NCBI RefSeq assembly: GCF_001194135.2
Contig: NC_068986.1
Location: 35,984,979 to 36,048,978, forward strand
Reading direction: 5' to 3'
DNA length: 64,000 bases
From: Octopus bimaculoides
Taxonomy: Eukaryota
Positions 54,538 through 64,000 of this stretch are shown here, piece after piece; position 1 is the first letter of the stretch, and every line of letters starts with the position of its first letter. The translations under genes were made by a program, and so were the position numbers. The notes under the pieces are model-generated. The model was given only the letters and a program-made list of their open reading frames with translations, was not told where the DNA came from and did not search any database.

Positions 54538-54945
54538 AGGAGTGGCTGTGTGGTAAGAAGTTTGCTTACCAACCACATGGTTCCTGTTTCACTCTCACTG
54601 CGTGGCACTTTGGGCAAGTCTCTTCTACAATAGCTTCGGGCCAACCAAAGCCTTGTGAGTGAATTTGGTAGACGGAAACTGAAAGAAGCCCGTCGTATAT
54701 ATGTATATATATATATGTATGTGTGTATATGTTTGTGTGTTTGTGTTTGTTCCCCCAACATCACTTGATAACTGATGTTGGTGTGATTACGTCCCGGTAA
54801 GTTAGCAGTTCGGCAAAAGCGACAAATAGAATAAGTACTAGGCTTACAAAGAATAAGTCCTGGGGTTGATTTGCTTGGCTAAAGGCGGTGCATGGCCGTA
54901 GTCGAATGACTGAAACAAATAAAAGAGTAAAAGAGTAAAAGAGTA
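54538..54945 (+). mobile_element. Near full-length tRNA-derived SINE with an internal (TA/TG) microsatellite and a (TAAAAGAG)3 tail
   Basis: Head aggagtggctgtgtggtaagaagtttgcttaccaaccacatggttcc, body caaagccttgtgagtgaatttggtagacggaaactgaaagaagcccgtcg, tail gaatgactgaaacaaataaaagagtaaaagagtaaaagag. The 5' half matches the reverse complement of 6612-6780. Confidence 0.9.
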
Positions 54946-57900
54946 TGTGTGGTTAAATGAATGTGCGCGTCTGTGCATGTTTATACTTATTTGTGCATAC
55001 GCGGCTGTGCATATATATGCTTATACCTTACGTTTTACACACGTTACATGTAAAATATTTCTTGGTGTTATCTGTATTTATTCATTCTTTACCTAATACA
55101 AAAATATAGCTTTGTTTAAATTTGATACGAACATATTTCTATTGACGCGTATTCATCTCTAGATTTTGAACTGTTTAAATTCCTTTACAATTGTTTCTCG
55201 TATTTATTAGACCATTTTCATTGTNNNNNNNNNNNNNNNNNNNNNNNNNNNNNNNNNNNNNNNNNNNNNNNNNNNNNNNNNNNNNNNNNNNNNNNNNNNN
55301 NNNNNNNNNNNNNNNNNNNNNNNNNNNNNNNNNNNNNNNNNNNNNNNNNNNNNNNNNNNNNNNNNNNNNNNNNNNNNNNNNNNNNNNNNNNNNNNNNNNN
55401 NNNNNNNNNNNNNNNNNNNNNNNNNNNNNNNNNNNNNNNNNNNNNNNNNNNNNNNNNNNNNNNNNNNNNNNNNNNNNNNNNNNNNNNNNNNNNNNNNNNN
55501 NNNNNNNNNNNATATATATATATATATATACACGTCCATATTTACGATGTGAAGAGTTTGCCAGCCAGTGTCAGTAGATAGAACTACCATATAGAAATGA
55601 TATATTTTATTCACGACGAAACTTGAAACTATTTCAATGTTTCTAGTGATTGGGAATAGGAAATTAAATTTTTAATAATTGCATTTTTCTATTAATTTGA
55701 AATTCATCAAGAAAACAAAGTTCAGTAACTTAGAGTGAGTCTACAAACATATATCGAATATGTTTTTTCAGGCACCAGAAGATATTTACAGTTTTGACAG
55801 AATACTTTTCGCATTCGTATACTTGATATATATTTATTACTTTTAGCTCAGAAATTAGTAGTACATTATTTGTAATCTATCATCCAGTGTGATAATTTTG
55901 TGCGTGATTCGGTGATACAAAGATATATTTCTGCGTAGGCGTCCACTTCATTTCATAACAAACATCACCGAATATTTTAGGTAATTTTATTCTGTATTAC
56001 TTGGACAGAATGGTTTCTATGCCTTCCTAGATTCAATGTCAGGGTTAAGATATTTTGGAGTTTGTTGATCGTAACTGACTCGAAACTTTTGCTGTGGTGA
56101 CTTGACAGAATTGTTAGAGATTCTGATATAATATTCTAAATTATTTTCTCTGATTCCTTTTACACAAATCTCACCCAATTCAATTTGGCCTCTATATGTT
56201 TCCGTCGCTTTCTCTCTCCCACTATTCACTTGCCCCACCCCCCACTCTCTCGAAAAGAAGAAAATTGTCCGTGATCAGATTTAGAGATGGTAAGGCCATC
56301 TGCTTTAGCTGCTCAAAACACACCGAGGATCATGACAGCTCCTCTGCATCTATGGAATAATTATAAGTTGAGATCCCAACGCAAGAGAGTTTCATTTCAT
56401 TTTACTTATTTCTAGAGTTCAAACCTAAGGATCTATTTTAAATGTCGCAGGTTCGGATACAATGCGTTGTCATCTATTTACTATATCTATGAATCTTTTA
56501 GTTCAAATGTTTGACGGCAAAAATTATTTGTCATTAATACATAAAATGATAGATTTATGAAGGATGATTAAAGTGTGCACTGTTAATGTCCCTATTTATG
56601 ACGAAGAGTTTTGCATGATGTTAATTCTTTCACATACTTATCGGAAAGGAAGAATTACGTCGCAGGCATGGCGTGTGAGAACGTTTTACAAATAATACAC
56701 GTAATTCTACAAATAATACACGTTATCCTTTTAGTTGCATTGGACTAAAGCCTTCAGAATAAATTAGAAATAATTAACTAGCATGTGGAATATCTACGCT
56801 AGTCTTCATGAGATTTCAATTTATAATGTAAGTGAAGGCATATAATGGCACTTATTTAGTCTCCATTGTTGTATCTTACATTACATAGCTGGATCAATTT
56901 TATATACACATGTATTCGATTGATGCTCCCAAGAAAGAAGATTTGATATGAGCAGAAATCCATGAAATTCTTCACCCGATTCATAATATAAGATACTTAA
57001 TTTTTATCTACGAGGGATTGTCTAGCAAATTGTTCACATAAGAAATCGTTATTATCTTATATAAGGTAACAGTCGCTGATTTATGGCTATGGCAACTGAA
57101 TGACGATCACCCTGTCAAGAAAGAAATATATAGTTCAATAGAAAGACCAGTAGGATACTCAGAAAGAACACTGCTCATTTGGTTTAGAGTACACAACCAA
57201 CCACAATTCCTTTCAACGAGGAAACATTTCTTATTGGTTTATGTAGTTGTTTAATCACGAAATGTAATGATAAAAATAACTTCTTTTAGTACACTTTTAT
57301 GCAAATAATGCTGTTTATGATCAGGTAACTCAGCAGTCTATATTTAATCTCCTTTATTAAAAAGGAATGGAGAAGTTTTTCTAATAATTTATGATATACT
57401 TTATATTACCACTAATTTCTTATTTCGTATATATAAAATCTAATCCACAGCAGAATTCAACATATATTCTCAGTTTATTGAATAATGAATATAAGAAATA
57501 AATAATCCTATTGTTTCAGTCTATGTATCCAAAAGCATAAAATCAGCAATAACTTCTTACATTATAACAATGAAATTATATTACAAAGTTTATATACTGC
57601 TGATGTCAACTTCGGCCCCCATCTCTGTATTGTAGATAAATCAAATATCATTATTAAGAAACGTTAAGAGGTCAACACTGACAAATGGAAAGTGTTTTTC
57701 TAACTTTCATATATCAGCAGGAATTCCAGTTGAAACGTAACTTGTATAATTCCATAAACATTTCTAGTGGTTCTCCTTATGATTCAAATTAAATCGGACG
57801 TGTGCTGTCATTTTTATATGGCTATAAATAGTCTCAACGTCCAAACGCAAACAACTACTCGGGTAGTGGAATTGGATATCGATTTTATCAACTTGGTACA

Positions 57901-59637
57901 ACTTCAATTATTTATAAGGGAAAGTTGTTCTTAATTGTGTCAATATTAGCTATTGACGTATTACTGGTAATTTTTCATTGATACATACCAAATCTAAACA
58001 AATGCCGTAGTTGACTAAGTGAATATGCTGTAAGATTTTCATTTGGTATTCGCAGAATCAGTAGAGATTTGAAAAGAATGCCTGTGGTATCTGTTATATG
58101 TCTGTGTTCTGAGATCAACTTTGGTTTTTATTCAGTAGAAATCTATAACATGTGCCAATCCAGGAAGGTGGGCAGTATAAACTGTAGAAACATTGAAGTG
58201 GACTCCTTGCGATATTTGATTTGGCTTTTTGTGTTCTGAATCATAATCATGCAACGACCTTTTGGGTGGCAAACTTAATTCGTTTCACAATAGCGCCTGG
58301 CTTCTTAGGTGTTACGAACGGAGCGAAAACTCCTGTTTGACGATATCTTTCTCTCTCTTATCTCACTAGTGTTAGAGGCAGTATAACAGTTGAAGTTACA
58401 GCATTTTCTCTTGACTAAAAATATAAAGGCCCATTAGCTTTGGAGACAATGAATAAACAATAAAAGGAACATTGTTTGGAAATTTAGTTCGCATCAGTAT
58501 AATTTGATATTTTGCTTTGGGAAGAACTGAAATAATGAGAACGTAATTTAGAATTCTTTGTCATCGGTATTTAGAATTCTTTGTTATCGGTATTTTGTAA
58601 TTAAGAGTAATTTTTAGTGATTTTTTAATGAATCTTCTTTTGTTCCTCCTTTTCCCTACACCATATATGTCTAAGTCCACGAGTTAAGAAGAAATCGTTG
58701 GAATTGAAAGTGCTCCACATTCACAGATTTATGGTAGCTTACATCTTACAGCATGACGCTCGCTGTATTGCTTTTAAGTAAATAAATGTGTAATAAATTT
58801 ATATTGAATCTTTTATATTTATAAAGACCACGGAATATCAATAAAAGCTTTATTGGTTTTGGTCACGAACTTCCCATTTGGGAATTAGAGTTACAATTAG
58901 ATTCACTTTTCTGAGAATCTGCTACCATAATGATAATCATAACCAACACGTTTGATACTTCGGCATATTTGATTTAAATCTTTGAATTTATATACAGTAA
59001 AAATCATTTAGTTCATTTTGTTCAATCTCAAAAATTGAAATTCTCGTCAGTGACACGTTTAAGATCATATGTATGTACTAGGATGCAGTGCAGATGAAAC
59101 TATAGTTATACTCCAGTATAACATTAATGATATGAGAAAGACGACATATATGAGAGTAACCTAAAAAGATATTCTAAATAAAGTACTGAGCAGTTGCTGA
59201 AGAGTTGCACAATTGTAAAAAAGAAAAACTGATATTTTTTAGAATAAATTTAATCAGTTCTATCTCCTAAGCTAGACTACAGAGAGAGAGAGAATTTATA
59301 AAAGAAAAGTGATAGCAAAAGGTTTGTATAGAATTTTTTTTACAGCTTCGCTCCTTAAATTTCATGACACTAACAGTAACAGGGATTGAAACTTTATTAA
59401 ACATGTAAAATTGTGTATAATTAATATTTCTAATGCGAAAATGTGCAGGTGGCGTGAAAAAAGAAGGCAACCACTATTGCTTGCTCACTTGAAATATGCT
59501 TCTGCAAGGGAACTACTTGAATGAGTAATCAAATCACACGATTATCAGCATATGCGTTCGGTGAAAAATAAAGTATTGATCAAATGAATACATACGAGAA
59601 CATACCATAAATCTCTTTTTGCGTGTATATATATACA

Positions 59638-59673
<36 letters not shown>

Positions 59674-59810
59674 NNNNNNNNNNNNNNNNNNNNNNNNNNN
59701 NNNNNNNNNNNNNNNNNNNNNNNNNNNNNNNNNNNNNNNNNNNNNNNNNNNNNNNNNNNNNNNNNNNNNNNNNNNNNNNNNNNNNNNNNNNNNNNNNNNN
59801 NNNNNNNNNN

Positions 59811-59891
<81 letters not shown>

Positions 59892-62779
59892 CAGTTTAAA
59901 AGGCATGGTATACAAAAGGAAGATGAAGCTTGTCTCAGAGAATTAACCCCATTCCTAGAATTCCAGAAATGACAGAAATTAAAATAACACATTTGATCAA
60001 TATTAAATATTTATTACATAACTACAGTAAACAAATAAAAGATATAAAGGAACAAAATACATAACTCTTTGGGAGTTTTAAGCGGAATTAATGATGCTTC
60101 TCTTTAGCTGTAAATAAATGTTATTCTAAAATTGGGATGTATTTACCAGATTCATACTATAGGATTAAGTTGTACATCAAGCGAAACCGTCTTATTCTCA
60201 TGTAGTAAATTCATGATAGCCCGAACCAGATTATCGTTTGAAGAACAGACGATTCGTGTTTCAGACTACCGAGCCTCATCATTATACATCAGTGTAATGA
60301 TAAACTTGGTAAATTTTTGGATCGGGAGATGACCGAGGAAACATAAGTACTCGTGGTACAACTCAACCCATACTTAGCTGTCCCCAGACCTGCAAACGTA
60401 ACAAACAATTAACAATGATATAGATTTACCGTTTTCGTTTGTCTTTTTTCTTTCCACTTTACAAGGTTTGTATCTATCTGCTACTTTAGTAAAAGACACC
60501 TACCTAAGATTCCATCTTCATGATCGATCATAGGATCTAATGAGTCAACGATATATATACTAAGAAAATATTTACTTCCAAAGTGAAAAGCATCTTCCCT
60601 TACGTTTACATGATATACATCTTTTCAAATGTCCAGAATGGGCTTTGATTTTATAGAAAGTGAGAAATATTTAGCTAAATTTGACATAACTAAAATCAGA
60701 TTTCTTTTCTAGCAGAAAAACAGAAAGAAATCACTTGGTATATTCTACTGTCTCTGGTGTGTATATACCGTTACATGGGTGGATCAGTCTCATCGAGTCT
60801 CCTGTTCAGTTAAACAAATCCTATCAATAAATCGTGCAATTGATCTCTACTTTTAAGTGATAAGAGGCTTTCAATAAATACAGAACACATTAATTATTGC
60901 CTAATGAATGGCTTCCTAAGATTACAAGCATTCAGGTAGCCATTGCAGAATTGTAGCTTAATGTATAGAACAAAAAATATCTCCATCAAACTTTTGTTAA
61001 TCATGTATGTTACAAAGCGTGAATAAATGCAAACATAAAAACATTCTCTTTGCATTTAAAATTTGAGAAGATGAACCAATCGACAAAAGGCGCGTTTGAA
61101 AACCAATAGTGACTGGGTGTCTTCATGAATGCCGTAAATTTTTCATGAAATGAGAATACCTCAATTACATATTTGAACGACGTTAGTGAAGACGAAAATT
61201 TATATGGCGTTTATCAGACGCTATAGCAGCTTTGCTCAAAGCGCAACTTTACGATTGCCAACCTCGATAGTCTTTGAAATATTCGCAGGAAATTAACACA
61301 TTCACTTTATGTCAAATATTGAACCGACAATGGCAACGCATTAACAAGAATTTAAATTATTAATAAATCGCAATTTTCACAGTTAAGTGAACCAACGCGG
61401 TGGCAGCACAAGAAACTGTTATTACGTAATGTTACATATTTCTCGTTTTTTTTCTCAGAAACGATGATGCGATTTCCCTTTCCTCGTCGATAATATATGC
61501 ACGAATAAGGTATCCCACAGCGTTATTTTTACAGTCTAATCAAAATATATTATGGTTCCAAGCTTACTGAGAAAGGATCAACTAAAGTAATTTTTCACCA
61601 TAAAATAATTAGATTGGCTTTTGACATATCAGTAGCTGGTTGATAAAAGAAAACTCATTAATATGGTCCAACGTATACATCTGATAAGTAATGAGTTTAT
61701 GGTAAAAACTAAGTTTGACGTATCGAAATCGGCAAAACTAATGAACAATGCTCATATTGATCTGATACCTATTTATCGTACATATATATAAGGACAATTC
61801 CATACTGCAGTTTTACCTATCTAATATGCAAAAACATGAGGAAACGCGTTCAAGTCATGGCCAATAGCCCTTTTTCTCTTGGATTTTTGTGTCGGAAGAA
61901 TTTGATCTCAGGTACGTTTTGTTGAAGGAAATGGTTATGTGATAAGACGCTTGTTTCCCATCCACATGATTTCGTATTCAGCACTACTAAATCCTGTAAT
62001 TCATTCATCAAAACTTGTCACATATTCTATTAAGCATATTCGGCATGATTTGTTAAAGATGTACGTGATTGTGAAATGGACACTGCTGTTTGCAGAGATA
62101 ATCTTGTGCATAATATAACTACTTAAGCTAGTGTTAGAAGTGATTTAAATCCAGTGTTAGACGCAATATAAGATTTGACATCAAATCTTCCTAAATCCAC
62201 ATTAAATTTATGCAATAGGTTTCAGTGAGATAAATGTATAAAACGTTTTTCAAAAATTGTTATATCTATTTAAGTATTCATAAGTATTACAAAACCTCTC
62301 TCACAACAAACATTCTTTCACTGCTGTAACCATTTTCAAACTTGATTAAAACAAAATCGTAATGAAAGACGATGGCTTCACATATTGCTTGAGTTCACCG
62401 CTTTGCAAAAGCAATAACCAGGACACAATATTCTGTCTTTTTAAAAAAAAACCTATTGATTTAGGGGTGCACATTACTTCCATAAGAAGAATGGTGAATG
62501 AGTCGATGCCATTAGCATGAGACGAGCCAGCTCTTTGTGGGTAGAAATTTGCGTGCGTTCGTGCGTGATTTTACGTAATTTGCTTGATTGACTGTTTTTC
62601 GGATTTATTTCAAATCCTCTCTATCAGCATTACTGTTACTTATTACCCACTTAAGGATCTCATCTGTGCTCTTCATAGTTTTAAGTACTTTTTACCTCTA
62701 GATATTTGAATAGAAAGACTAGCGTTTGTGATGTAAATATTATTTTGGAAGAAGATGTTTGTCAGGATAGTTAGTTTTT

Positions 62780-63340
62780 TTCGTTAGGGTCTTGGTAAGG
62801 TACGGATGCGAAGGTACAAGGTGAAATGAACATTGGTGTGATTTGAGTAGTAGTGGTGGTTGTACTTGAGGTGATAATGATGAGGTTTTTGGTGTATTCG
62901 AGTGGCTTTTTGAGTGGAAAATACCAAACCATGGGACACACTAGAGTGTGGCCCAAAGAAAGCTTAATGTCTGTTCGTAAACTACATGTCCACAACGCGA
63001 GAAACCTATAGCTGGAGACATTTGTGCCTACAGGTTTACTGTTTTGCTAAGAGATTTACGTGCCTGATAAAGCTGAACGCTTTTCGGAAAATAAAGGATC
63101 GACAAGAGTTCTAACGATAGAAACGGTAATTTAAATGAGAAGTTGTGTTTCTAATGGTGGAGTCCGTCGTCTTTGAAATATTGTCAGTGCGTTAAGGCTA
63201 TCGGTGATAGGGTCAGCTAGGTCGTTTGTCTTTGAACTAGTCCACATTGCAGTCCGCTTCCAGAAATTACGATACGTTCCTCTAGATAGAGATGGAGAAA
63301 GGGGGAGGGACAGAGAAGGTGGAAATGGCATTGGTATAGA
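62780..63340 (-). mobile_element. Highly degenerate Penelope-like RT N-terminal region
   Basis: Minus-strand FWKRTAMWTSSKTNDLADPITDSLNALTIFQRRRTPPLE resembles the pre-RT segment of Penelope ORFs (KRTSxWTPP...RRRxNLTxLE). Multiple stops and frameshifts. Confidence 0.5.
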
Positions 63341-64000
63341 TAGAGTGAGCTAAGCAGTATATTTCTTGAGAGTAATAGCAGTTGTCGAGGCTGGTGACTA
63401 GAGTAATTTAAAGTAATTTATGACTCGATGTTAAATAATCAAACTGACTGATTATAATGAGTTTTAATTTCTCCCTCAAGTCGACACAGAGGTCATAAAT
63501 CAATTAATACCAAACATTATGTGATAAAATTTTGTCAAAATACTGGTCAACTTAGTAACGAGAAATTTGCTGTTTCGAGTAATTTAAGTGAAGTTAGATC
63601 ATAGTTAAATCTTTGGCTGGAAGTTAAATTTAAACAAAAACAGTTAATAGTAATAGTGTAAGATTTACAATGTAATGTTTCTTTGAAGTTACAATACTAA
63701 ATTATATGACAAGCAAAACAAAGATGATACTAATTAAAATCCAAATATAATTGCGCAATTATAAAACTCTAGAGAAAGCTCATATAAAGTGATAATTGAT
63801 ATTTGTAATTAAAGAACGAATAGAGCTGGGAGGGTAAACATACGAATCAATACAAATTATATATTTCCAATAATTATCATTTATTTACTTTAAGACGGAA
63901 AGATTTTAAAATATTTCACTAAACTAAATTCTATAGTGGACTGTTAAATTTACCGTCTGTATCCGAAATCTTATTCTCATTATCGCGATCTGTGTATATA

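Noticed and set aside
56017-56238. ORF MGQVNSGREKATE...
   Set aside because: Non-ATG start, no splice signals or homology; compatible with chance.

Overview
AT-rich, microsatellite-dense eukaryotic DNA with nine assembly gaps, almost all of it intronic. The SINE families and repeat landscape look like an Octopus (coleoid cephalopod) genome; this is inferred from recognition, not from a search. The only solid protein-coding signal is two adjacent minus-strand exons (13595-13684 and 12930-13097) encoding the region just upstream of the C2A domain of a BAIAP3/Munc13-4 (unc-13-4/staccato) family vesicle-priming protein. Neither is in the ORF track. Several short minus-strand segments ending in canonical GT donors at phase 0 (47417-47470, 32370-32421, 4873-4893) are candidate alternative first exons. 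The remainder is decayed transposable elements (tRNA-derived SINEs, CR1/L2 LINE remnants, a REL-endonuclease LINE end, a mariner fragment, Penelope-like pieces) plus microsatellites. The most unusual structural signal is a set of minimal hammerhead-ribozyme-like motifs of Penelope type: one with an intact catalytic core inside a ~240 bp foldback (19157-19394) and one with a CUGUUGA core variant (36797-36833). I found no convincing wholly new multi-gene system. Nearly all track ORFs are artefacts of microsatellites, N gaps or chance.
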